Source: Jimgerdemannia flammicorona
Taxonomy: Eukaryota
Direction of reading: 5' to 3'
NCBI GenBank assembly: GCA_003990765.1
Contig: RBNJ01000045.1
Coordinates: 1-47,603, forward strand
Length of the DNA: 47,603 bases
Translations under genes and position numbers: made by a program
Shown here: one piece after another, positions 34,992 through 46,758 of the stretch
How the letters are laid out: each line of letters starts with the position of its first letter
How positions within the stretch are numbered: position 1 is the first letter of the stretch
Notes under the pieces: model-generated
Told to the model about the DNA's origin: nothing
What the model saw: only the letters and a program-made list of their open reading frames with translations
The model's database searches: none

Positions 34992-37588
34992 TTAGCAGCC
35001 CAAGCTCCACCAAGACTTCAGACATATATACACCTGGATTATCTCAGCATTCAGTACACACCTCTTTGGGGCAATGAGGTCCACTCTATCTGAGAACACC
35101 TGCTTGATGGGAGCACTAGAGGTAGGAATCACCAAGTAGTTCTGAGCCATACCACACAGGCTGGGGAAGTCTGTTTGATGCAGCTATATGCCCCAGTGGA
35201 TAAGAATAGTGGTTAGATTGGTGGGTTAATTTGGCCCAATGCCTGTCTGACAACCCACCTTCCACAAGTTGAGTACCTCCGCATCCTTCAGCAGAATCAT
35301 ACAGTCACTGGTGAGGTAAATAGTAAGTTCATCTATTGACAGCAGCTCTTCCACTGATGGCTCCCTCTTCCTCTTTCTACTGAAGTAAATGTGGGACAGG
35401 AGGGATCTCTTGGCATATTTATCCAGACTTTGGCCAGAACCTTACAGTGGTGCATAGTTTTTCCAGTACACTTCAATTACAGTCTACTTGGTTCTCTTAA
35501 TGAAGTGCTACTCCCAGCCCTGATCTTTATGGTATTGAAGCTTTAAGCATAGGTCCAGCACTATTCAGAGAAAAGAGAGTGAGTTTTTGGGGGGGTTTCT
35601 CTATTTTGGAAGGAGCAATGGCCACACACTGATATACCTATACTGATTGAGTATATAGTGGTATCTGTTTTGGAGTAGTATTTTCTGAGCTTGCTTAGAG
35701 CAACCTCTACAGCATCTCTCTGATCCAGACTTAACCACAAATCACTGCAACCCTCTAGCCTATCCTTGAGCTTGTCCTCTAGCCAGTCAATCAGAAGGTT
35801 ATATACTGATATTGTAGAGCTTATTGTTGGGGTTGTTTGTTTGACTATATCCTTCATACAATTGTTGAAACACTGGCAGTTATATGTGGTGAGGTATTGC
35901 ATTATGTAGAGGTAGACAAAATGAGTATAGAGTCAGAGCAATTACCACTTACTTCCAAAACTCTGACAACATTCCTAAGTACATCTCACTTACTTTCACC
36001 TGAAGCCTTGCCCCATATTTCCTTGTTGGCAGCCACCATTGAATCTATTGGCTTTTTTTGTTTTTTTTTTTTTAAAAAAATAAATTCTTCAATTATCTGA
36101 AATAAGCTGCTTCAGCTGACTGAAGAAAAAAAGAATGCATACTACAGAAAACTCCAGCACATGCTGGATCATTGCAAATGTTGAGTTCCAATGTATACAG
36201 ACATCCAATATAAACTCTTTCAGAGCTAAACTGATTGCCCTACACTGTGTAGCAAATTTGTCTCATTGTTGTAGAGATGATTGGACTGACACAATCAGTT
36301 TGTGCAGCTTGGAAATTATACTCAGGGCCCCTCCTCTCTCAGATGTTTTGTCTATGTATGTAAGATAGTCCTGAACAGCAAGGTTCAGTATGTGGGCCTG
36401 ATATCATACATAGCAGCTTTCTGCACTGAAGGCCATGTTTTCCTGTTTGAGGCTGACCACTAAAACTTAGAAAAATGTTGAGTTGTTTGTGGCATTGTCC
36501 ATTGTAATGGCCAAAATCTGTACTTGAAATATTTGGTCAGCAAATTTATTGGAAAATAAATAACCAATAAAATCTGTTGTTTTAGGACCTCCCTCAAAAT
36601 GCTGATCTGATGGCAAGTCTTTCTTTTTTACCTTGATTGTGATCCCAAGCTCCCAGATATAACTAATAAAAGTATCTGTGATGTTGTCTCCAGAATGAGG
36701 GCCAGCAAGTTTGACAAAGTCAAGGGTGAGAGATTTAATCTGCCAATTGAGATCAATCCAATGACTGATAATGCCCAGAAATGAAATTGCATTGGGGGAT
36801 ATCCATGTGTCGATTGTAAATGAAATTTTGCCTGCTGAATTCTGCTTATTGAATGTAAGGTTACATTGGTGAGCTCTTTATAAAAATATATATATAATTC
36901 AGCTTGTAAAGATCATGATATTGCTCTTATTTTTTTTATCTAAAGTATCTGGTAGAGATTATCATACTCCTTCCTATAGACCTCCAGGACATCTTTGCAA
37001 ATAGTATCAGCACTTGACAAATATAAATCATACTTAAGGAGGCCAAAGATACTATGCAATTGATCACTCTTGATGGTTGTAAATAGCTGGTCTGTATATA
37101 CAATCTAGCAAATGAGCTGATTTCAAAATTCTGCTGAAGAGTATGGTTAAATATTTTTGATTAAATGGGGTTGTTGGTACAGAAATGGTCAGGCAATTGG
37201 ATAAAAATACCCACCACAGCTTGGATGTCGATTTTATTTATCTCTGTGTTCTTTTTGATTTTGTCAGAGTGCTTGTCTTTTATGTATTAATACCTGTTCA
37301 AAGTCATACTACTAAGTATTTTGAACTTCTGGCTAGTACAGTTTATGGGAGTAGATGAAATAGTATCATGTGTGTATCAAACAAAAGTGTCAGTTATATC
37401 AATAGGTATATCTTAATTTTTTACCTGTAATAATTACAAACAACATCATCTCCTATCTTAGTACAATGTTGCCAGATTTCAGAGTGAGGATTGCATAGAA
37501 GGTGTGGAACTATCAGGGATGTTTGACTTGAAGCATCATTGATACTGTGAACTGTTGAAGACTGATCTGTTGACATGAATGTTTGCAT
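34992..37588 (-). pseudogene. hAT transposase, intron-containing (BED finger, catalytic core, dimerisation domain)
   Basis: SEIWQHC...VVCNY (BED); GKISFTIDTWISPNAISFLGIISHWID..LDFVKLAGPHSGDNI; ILAITMDNATNN; AHILNLAVQD; WNSTFAMI; DFPSLCGMAQNYLVIPTSSAPIKQVFS..CLKSWW; stop at 34992-34994. Confidence 0.95.
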
Positions 37589-38103
37589 ATTTACATGTGC
37601 ATGTATATGTTTACATGTGTGTATATTGTATATGTAGATGTATCCAGCATATGAGTCATGTGGAGAATTCTGATTGGAGGATTTGGTTGAAGAATTCAGA
37701 TAAGGATTCAGATTGAAGGATTTGAATTAGAAGATTTGAATTGGAGGATTCAAATTGAGTGATTCAGATTGAGTGATTTGGATTGAGTAATTTGGATTGA
37801 GTGATTTAGATTGGAGCAATTCAGATGGGTGATTCAGATGGGGTGATTCAGATGGAGTAATTTGGATTAATCCAAGTTGATTCAGATGGCTTCAGATTTG
37901 AGATTTGGATCAAACTATCATATAACAAATCAAATCTGGATTTGATTTGAATTGACTTGTTCAGAGTACTAATGCTGATAAATGTGTAGAGAAGCTGAGT
38001 TTACCTTGAGAAGAGGTGTGCTATAGAGTGACCCTCTTTCCCCCCTACTTTATATTCTCTCTTTGGAGTCTTTGTTGGCTTAGCTGAAGGGGCAGCTATT
38101 TGG

Positions 38104-41100
38104 ATTTTTTTTTTTTTTTTATAGTTACTTGGACTTCTTCCTTTATTAATACATCTGTCTATTCTCTATATAATACACAGTGCCCACCCCTATCTGATCC
38201 CCCTAGTGGATCTTCTTCTCCCTCCTCCCCCCCCCCCTTCTTGATGAAAGACCACTTTGTCAGACTCTGTTCATATATCCTTTCTACCAGATAGCAACAT
38301 TACCCCCCTGGGGACCCCAACCAACCCACCACCCAGTCAGCAAATCACCCACCAACCCCTCCCACCTTAATAACTTCTCCTGTATATCTATCTAGCATCT
38401 CTTCTCAAAAACAAAGAGCCAATGTCCAGCCAACCCTACCCACACTACCAAAATCTATCCTATAGTAAGCTACCTATTATCTATACCACCTACTAACTGA
38501 GATTTCAAATCCTCCCAGTGACCTCTCTCTTCATCTGGCCTCCTCCCCACATCCAGCCAGTTCCCTACTGCTATCCAAAAGTCCCCCAGAACCTCACACT
38601 CTCCCAACCAATGTTCTGGTATCTGCACAAATCCCCCAACTTACTCTACATTATAACACTCCTCACAATCTAATTAGCCACCATCCACCAGATGCCCAGC
38701 ACAGAAATTCAACATGATATTCCTCTGTAGCATCTGCCACCATACCACTCAGAACTTGGGAAAAAGCCACCCCTGCACCTCAGCACTCCATGATCAGACT
38801 CCTGCCCAGTCCCATTCCTTGTCAATCCTCACTGCCTGTCAACTGCTTGACCAAAGATTCTGGCCAAGTTCCTACTGATACTCTACTCTATCACCAATAT
38901 TGAACTCAGTAAGTAGAACACTCTCTAGAAGCAGTCTGTCCCAATGCCACATAGCCAGACCCTACAACATCTCCCCCTCATTGTCTTGCCAGCACAAGTC
39001 TATTTAGTGTGCTCCATCCACTACCCTCCACCAGAAGCCCTTATACCATAGCTGTTAGCTACCATCTAGACCTACCAGAGAGAGTAAATCTCCCAAGGAC
39101 CCCTATGGGAAGAATCTATCCCACACCTTCTGCATCAGTGGCACCCAACCCCTCCCCTGTAAATCAACAGCCCTTTTCAGCCACCAAGCCTGTAAGCAGT
39201 ATAGTCTCTTAGGAAGGTCCACTAGACCTAGCTCTCTCTGAACCACTGGTGTCACCAGAGTGTCCCAGCTGATCTGAGACTACCTTTCTGCCCAAATCCA
39301 GTCTCTAGCTAGTTTCATCAGTCTCTTCACTACCTAAGCTGGAAAGTCCAAATGATATACAACATACCACAGCTTAGGGAACCAGTAGACATTCAGGATT
39401 GAAACCTGGCCCACTAGAGAGATATAGTGCCCTCCTTAGCCTTGAAGAGCCTCTTCCCAAATGGCCACTCTCCTTTTCCACCACACCCATGGTAAGACAG
39501 AACTATATACAGAGAGAAAGATGTCCAAGTATCTCACCATCTCTCTGACAGAGATAATTGTTCCAATGATGTCCCTCCTCACTAATCCATTCTCCAGCAC
39601 CATCATCTCACACTTATGCCAGTTTAGTTTCACTCCAGAATATGCCTCATACCATTCAACTATCTTCTTAAGTATCTCAACATCTGCTACTGAGCCAAGT
39701 CCAACTACCATATTATCAGCAAAGGCCCCCACCTTCTATACCACAATATATATAGTAAGCCCTGCCACCTTCTATCATATTCTATCCATCAAAGATTCCA
39801 ACAAAAGAGCATAGAGGATAGGAGACAGTGGATCTTCCTGAGGAACTCTTCTTTCCAAGGGGAATGCCAGACCCCAGTGACCATTACACATTAGTACAGT
39901 CCTACTGCTCTCCAATAGATTCAATATAGAAACTCGAAATTGTGAGGGAACACCAATTATATCCAGTACCTTGCCCAGTCACACCCTTTGGACATAGTCA
40001 TAGGCCTTCTTCTGGTCTAGAAAAACCAATCTTCCATCTAATTTACAAGCCCATACTCTCTCAATAATGCCATGAACCCAGGCTGTCCCATCTCTGATGA
40101 GCTGACCTCTAACAAAGCCCCACTGCTCCTCACCCAGTACCTGTTGGGCAACTTTCTGTAGCCTTGCAACAATCACCTTGGTCACCATCTTCCTGTCTAT
40201 ATCCAGAAGCATGATCAGCCTCCAGTTCTTCCAGTCCTCCCTCCTCCTCTTGTCTTTGTACAATAAGGCCACCAACCCCAAGTCCTGCTCCCCAATCCAC
40301 TTACCATTCAGAAGAATATGATTACAGAGAGCTGCCATCTCTCCAGGAACCTTCACCATCTTCTTCCAAAAGTCCCAAGGTAACCCATTCTTTCCTGGTA
40401 CCATCCCAAGCTTAGTTGCTGCAATGACTCTCTGAATCTCCTTCTTTTAGACTAGAAGGATTGAGTCACCCAGGTCCTCCACTCATGGTAGTTTTTAATT
40501 CTCCAGCATATTTCCAATTTCCTTCTCATCCTCACCCTCTTCTTTCTCACTCCACAGACCCCTCTATCTCTCCTTTAGTATTCTCAAGATCTGTTGCATA
40601 CTATGCACCATTTTCCCCTCTACATCTAGGACCCCATTCCATCAATGCCACACTCTCCTGGCCTAGAGGAGCTGTAACAAGTACTTAGTAGGCCTCTCTC
40701 CCTCCTCAAGTCTCTGCTATCTCAGCCTAGCTGCCATTCCTTTCATATGTATCTCCTCCTCTTCTCTCAATACTTGTTGCAGCTCCATTATCTCCAATTT
40801 TACCCATACCAACCTCCAATCCTCTACCTCACCAGAATTCAACAAATCTGCCTATTCTATCTGCAGTCTAACCAACTGATTAGAAGCACACCTCACTCTT
40901 TTCCTTCTCCACTTCTTGGCCTCCTTACCAGCCCCTCCCCAGTAAACCTATACAGCCTCTTTCAAATTTAACCATCAGACACCCACTGGTAGACCTTTAT
41001 ATATCCAGCCAGCAATCTTTACTTGGATGTCCTCTACTCATAGATCCCACAAAACCTTCTTAGCTAGTAGAGAGGAGTTAAGATACCAATGTCCAAGTCT

Positions 41101-43953
41101 ATCTCCACTCCCCCCAAACTGCCCCTGCTCCAAGAGACCCCAATGGTCAGACCATGGGCACCACTCTATCTCCAGAGACTTCTAAACATCTATTCCCCAG
41201 CATTTGGCTGTCAGGATCCAGTCAATTCTTATATCCAGTCTATTCACCCAGTGTGTATAAATTCTCCTGTCTCCCCACCCTGTCCTCTCCATATTCCTCA
41301 GTGAGCTAAGATTCTCCACCTCCTCCCATGTATCCAAGCCACCACTCCTACCACTAGCACTCCTCCCTCCATCAGTCCTATCTAACTGAATATTCTGCAC
41401 TATATTAAAGTTCCCACCCAGAATGTCAACCCCCTCCTCCAATAGAGAGCCCTCTTCCAAAAGACCCTTAATCCAAGCAATCTGCTCACCTCTAACTGCT
41501 GGACAGTAGCAAGATCCAACCTTCACCAGTATCCACCCAGGTCTATGTCACTCCCTCTATACCAAATGATCTCCCCAGCTTCATATTCTACTTAAGTCCT
41601 CTTTATCACCTTGCAACAAAATTGCCACTTTGCCAATACAAGCTGCAGATCTTCCCCATTCTCTAGTTCATGTCTCCTGATCCTCATCATCCTCACATCA
41701 AACATCCTGTAGTAGAAAGAGATCAGCCTCCAATCTCTTAAACCAAGTAAAAATGGTCTTATGCTGCCCAGAGCCCCATAGACCATTCACATTTAGAGAA
41801 AAAAATATTAGTTGTACTATTCATTGGGAAGAATGTTTAGAAGTTCTGCTTCTCCTCTACAAGTCCACATTCATTCCTTCTCTTGCCAAGTCCAGGTTGT
41901 ATTCATCATCTACTTCCTCCTCTGCAGCCATCTTCACCTCCAATCCCACCAGAAGTTCAGCCATCTCCCCATCCTCCTTTTCCTCAAACTCCTCCTGATA
42001 CTCCAGGCATGTCTTCCATCAAAGCTGCAACCCATGACACTCTTCCCAATAGTATGCAGCCCTCTCACTGGCCACAATTACTAGCTCAGCCTCCCTTTTC
42101 TTATCAATCTCATACCCCTCCTCCTCTAGAAAAATTGCAAGCACCTCAGCCTTCAGCATCTCCACTACTTCATCACTATGTAAAATCCTTGTCCAGTGCT
42201 CCTCACTCATCACTCTCAAGTCCACCTCCCCCAACTCTTCTGCTACCAAGTTGTTCATTATCTTGCTCATCCATAAAAGGTTTTCCATCTCCTTCCTATC
42301 TAGAGATATCAGCCTTCCTGCACTCAGTATCATCATGTCTGCTTCAGTACTCACAGACTCATCCCACTCCTCCTTCATGATGTCCACCAGCTCATTCTCA
42401 CCAACTGCCACCAAATGACTCCCTTTCTCCACATCGGGAACTCCAAAATGAACTCACTGGGTACTACATATTGGCACATCCACCACTCCCTGGCTTCTCT
42501 CTGCAGGACTCCTCCTGATAAGTAGGGGGAGAGTGCCATCTGAGTTCTGTTCCCAGACTTCGAAGGTGCTATCTGTATATGGATCATTGGGTAGTGACTT
42601 TGCAGCTCCCTTCTGACCCTCCTTGTCATCTCCCCTCCCCTTCTCAGCCCAGATACTCTCCTCAGCACCCCTAGTACCCTCAACACTACCATCTTTCTTC
42701 TTCACCCTACCCTCTATGCTCACCAACAGCTCTCTCTACCTTTTATGCCCTTGTGCTCTCTCCCACTGCCTCCTATCAGTATGGATATACTTCCTTCCAC
42801 AATCTCCAAATATATTAACTCCATATACTTCTTCCATGCCTTCACTCTCCTCTCAATAGCTCCACTTATCTCCTCCAGAGCCTCCAAAAGATCCTCCTCC
42901 TCCTCCTCACTCCCTTTCACTCTCAATACCTAACAAATGAAAGCCCCCCATAGCATCACCAATGGCCAGTCACTCATCTTTCCAGTGGCCTCCTTTCCTG
43001 TCAGTTGAATCCTAACATCAATATCTCCAGTCCTGATGGTTGTTCCCTCTCAAATCTAGAAACCAATATCTACCACCTCATTATATTCTGCCATCACCTC
43101 CTCAATCCTCCTTCTCATCTCAACTGCTGTTACTATAGATACCCCCTTTACCATTAACTGAACCACTCTGGGGTCCCACCTCAGACAGCATACCATAAGG
43201 ACCACCACTTCCCCTATAGTCACTCTAGTCTTCAGAGCCTCTTTCAGTGGGCTCACCTCCTCAAAGCCCACCTCAACTCCCTTGAGACTCTTCAGAAACT
43301 TCACTGAGGTGGCCCCAGCCATCTGCTTTGAGATAATCCCCAAGATCATTCTTGCCATCACTGCTAAGCCCCAGAAGCACAAGGTCATAGTAAACTCCAA
43401 AATCGATTTCTTGAATAATGGTACCACTGCCAGCCCCATCACACCATCCACCAGATCCCCCTTCCCCTTTGGGAACCTCTGTTCCACTCTGCCATCAGCT
43501 GTCATATCTCTTTTTTTTTTCCTGATTCCCCATCACACTCCTATCAACAGTCACTCCTCTAGCCACAGAATCTCCAGTACCTATGCTTGTATCCCCTACC
43601 TGAATACTGCTCCCCCTTCTGACCCCAGCACTCACCTTGCCCTTCCCCTCAGCAGTACCAGCCCTAGAGCTTGCTGGCCATCCACTCTCCTTCACTTTAT
43701 CTACAAAGCTAGGGAGGCCAGGCCTTCCCCCATTTCCACCTGACACCAGTTCTCCTCCAGAGCCCTCTCCTCCCTTCAACCCTCCAAAGACCCCTATTTC
43801 CAGACCATAACCTTTCTCCACATGCTGCTAGCCAAATGCCCCAGATCTACCTGATCTAGTACACCTGTCAGAACTCTTGCTCAATAATATTTTTATAGTA
43901 TCTTTTCTCTGAGTTGTATTGAAAACTATTGCTTGAAGTTGGTGTAATGTGAA
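38104..43953 (-). mobile_element. Full-length degenerate L1/Tx1-like LINE (ORF1 ~43820-41820; ORF2 ~41820-38250) with poly(A)
   Basis: SLNVNGL, GSCYCPA, ILGGNFN, IRIDWIL, WSDH (endonuclease); PGKNGLP, KNWRLIMLLDIDRK, FLDQKKAYDYV, QEDPLSPILY, AFADN (RT); C-terminal CEEC...EHWLGEC; AATAAA then A-tract (T-run 38105-38120). Confidence 0.93.
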
Positions 43954-44289
43954 TTGTACAGAAGAAAGGTGGTTGTAGAATTTTCAATTGTCATTTAGTA
44001 GTAAAGATATTAGGATATTAGCTATTAAAAATATTAGGATATACTTGGGTACATATATTATATGATTGACTTAAGTATATATTGTGATGTACACAATTGA
44101 CAACGGAGTACTGGTGACTGCTAAGATCAGACGACATAATGGCATGACAATCAAATAGACAGCCTGACCCATTAGGTGATCATCCCAAAAGAAGACAAGA
44201 TGATCTGAGCCAAAATGAAGACCACGTTATTTAAGGAACCATACTCTGCCTCTGGGATTGGCACCAAAGAACCAAGTACCTACCACACA

Positions 44290-45276
44290 ATGCCTTCCAT
44301 TCGCTGATCCAACCAGACCTCCCGCCGCTCTACCCCTTTGCCTGGCCCAAAGACCCTGATCTTTGAAGCTATCAAGAAGGCCATCTGGTGCCCAGATACT
44401 TCTGAATGCTTGAACTTCTATACCGAGGACCTTGGACACTTCATTAACTACCAGTATATAATGACTCAATAGCTCAAAGACACTACCGAATGAATGACCC
44501 TCTGGCATGACTACAAAATTGGATACTGCCTTTGTAATGAGACTCAAAAAGATGACCGGGAAGACCTCATTACCGAATTGATAACCACCAGCCAGCTGAT
44601 CAAGAGAGCTCTCCGTGTTCATCAGATATTCCACCACATCCCCTGGGCTATAGCATACTTGCAAGGAGTAATGGCTGGCAGCCTCTCCCACCTTTCAACT
44701 GAAGATACTGACTGGATAGAATCTGAAGTAGCCAACTCTATTGGCAGCAACCATGTCACTGTAGGAAGCCAACAAACCAAACCTACTCAGCCAGGTTTCC
44801 ACACCACCCCACTCCGAGACAACCATCAAGATCACCTAATGAGTCTTATGGAGATATTTGAAGGACCACCCATTGCCATAGAAGCACCCATTGGAGCTAC
44901 CCCAACCACCCACTACTCTGCCAGCCACAATTCACATCTCATCATTTGGGAACCAAATCAAGAAGAAGCCCAAGAGGTCCCTGTATTTGAAGAGGAAGCC
45001 CAAGAACTCCAAGACCCTGCCTCTGAAGAAACCCCCTCTGATACTGAAACTGATGAGTCTTCAGAAGAAGAAGAGGAGCAACAGAGAGTCTACCAGTCCT
45101 CTGTCCGCATTCAAGCTGTTCAAGGGTTGGAGAATGTTGTTGAAGATGACTGGCCACTTTTCTACTCCCTCACCTCTTGGCCGGCGCTTCCCCCTTTTGA
45201 GGAGAGGTATGATGAAGAAGAAATCTTAACCCAGCAAGATTTGCCCGCCATGGACGAAGGGTACTATTCCCTCTAG
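44290..45276 (+). pseudogene. Unknown acidic protein ORF within the putative U3 (open part 44494-45276, 260 aa; ~328 aa if three upstream stops are reverted)
   Basis: ATG 44290 is in frame with 44494; intervening stops are TGA/TAG/TGA, each one transition from a sense codon; Glu/Asp-rich C-terminal half; no family recognised. Confidence 0.65.
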
Positions 45277-45315
45277 AAGTACCACCCATCAGCCATGAGA
45301 ATTGTGCAGCCTTCA

Positions 45316-45620
45316 TTTCAGTGTTTTGTCAGCAAGTCCGAATCCAGCATTGCTACCCAGCACAACCGTTTCCAGCATTGCTATCCAGTGCCACCATTTT
45401 CAGCATTTTGTCAGCAAGTCCGAATCCAGCATTGCTACTCAGCACAACCGTTTCCAGCATTGCTATCCAGTGCCACTGTTTTCAGCATTTTGTCAGCAAG
45501 TCTGAATCCAGCGTTGCTACCCAGCACAACCATTTCCAGTGTTGCTATCCAGTGCTACCGTTTTCAGCATTTTGTCAGCAAGTCCGAATCCAGTGTTGCT
45601 ACTCTCTACAACCGTTTCTG
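45316..45620. repeat. 82-bp tandem repeat, about 3.7 copies
   Basis: GTCAGCAAGTC(C/T)GAATCCAG at 45328, 45410, 45492, 45574. Confidence 0.95.
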
Positions 45621-45789
45621 GCAACAATCGTCTTATCCATATCTGTCCATGTCAGCAAGTCAGCCCTTCACATCGTACAAGCCAATAGCATAGCGAAGTC
45701 CACCACAATGTAGTATACCTTAGCCCCCCCCCATAGCTAGCAAATTTGTATAAATAACCCTATATCTTAGAGTGAATAAAACCTCAGTC

Positions 45790-46253
45790 AGTCAGTTCTA
45801 GTTTACAAAGAAACCACTACCTCCAAGAGACCAGAAAATTCTGAGAACAAGATAACAACCTAGAGCAATGGATCACTCGGAAGTTTGAGTTAAGGAATTT
45901 CTCTTGCTGCCTGAATTTCAAGTTTTGCCGCCACGAAAAGGATTCAAGACCACAGACTGCCCGCAAGTCAGTTCTAGTTTACAAAGAAACCACTGCCTCC
46001 AAGAGACCAGAAAATTCTGAGAACAAGATAACAACCTAGAGTAATGGATCACTTGGAAGTTTGAGTTAAGGAATTTCTCTTGCCATCCGAATTTCAAGTT
46101 TTGCCACCATGAAAAGGATTCAAGACCATGGACTGCCCACAAGTCAGACAGTTTTACAGAGAAAATACACTGCCTCCAAGAGAATGGAATTCCAAGAACA
46201 AAATAACTAGAGCAACAGATCACTTGAGGTTTGAGTTAAAGAATTTCTCTTGC
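45790..46253. repeat. 176-bp tandem repeat, about 2.6 copies
   Basis: Unit starts AGTCAG at 45790, 45966, 46142. Confidence 0.93.
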
Positions 46254-46758
46254 TATGGAAAGAAAGAAAACATTACCTGACCGCTGACCGCCATCATTCA
46301 AGACTGCCATTTGAGATTCAAGACCCCAGCAACACAGCTAAAGAACTCAAGGAACCCAAGTTACCCAGCCAAAGGATACAAGACCGCTGCCAAAGACCCA
46401 AATGACCACCAGGAACCTTTCAAGTTAACCAAGATGGATGAGCGAGCCATCAACCTCTGTTTTCCCTGACCTACTATGCTACGGACTGCTTTAATTGACT
46501 GCATAAAGAGCAAGACCATCAAGACCATCACTGCCAAGTTATTCGCCACCCTTTTCCACTAAACAATTGAGCCATCGACGTCCTGAGCCAACGAACAATC
46601 GAACTCCCACTATCAATTAACGTATGAATCAGATGAACCGATCACATGACCATTGACCCATAACCATTGCAAATACACTCAGTCATATACCGCGCGCTCC
46701 ACCAAGTGGCACATTGAGCCATGCCAGAAGCAACTAGGGATACAAACCCAACACCACA

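Larger units (their letters stand above)
31594..37971 (-). mobile_element. Complete hAT DNA transposon (6378 bp) with transposase and a convergent cargo gene
   Basis: TIRs TAGTGCTCTGAATAG / CTTGTTCAGAGTACTA; perfect 8-bp TSD ATGCTGAT (31586-31593, 37972-37979); GATT/GATC subterminal arrays at ~31610-31805 and ~37670-37950. Confidence 0.96.
29790..38103 (+). mobile_element. L1/Tx1-like LINE ORF2 remnant (APE endonuclease + RT), split by the hAT insertion and cut off at 38103
   Basis: YDVVLLQN, ENFNI (GDFN-like), IRINWIL, LPGEDGLSWEF, NW*PIILINMDRKL, QGFVKERQIRD, FLNQEKIYDRV; resumes after 37979 with RRGVL*SDPLSPLLYILSLE. Confidence 0.9.
44083..46758 (+). repeat. Putative 5' LTR (2676 bp) of a second Ty3/Gypsy element running off the window
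   Basis: Inverted ends TGTGATGT...ACACCACA; TATAAATA (~45748) and AATAAA (~45775); followed directly by a PBS like that of the dUTPase Gypsy; the second LTR is outside the window so the left boundary is inferred. Confidence 0.7.

Noticed and set aside
45316-46253. Regularly spaced repeats as a CRISPR array
   Set aside because: Units are contiguous tandem copies with no unique spacers; no cas genes; eukaryotic LTR context
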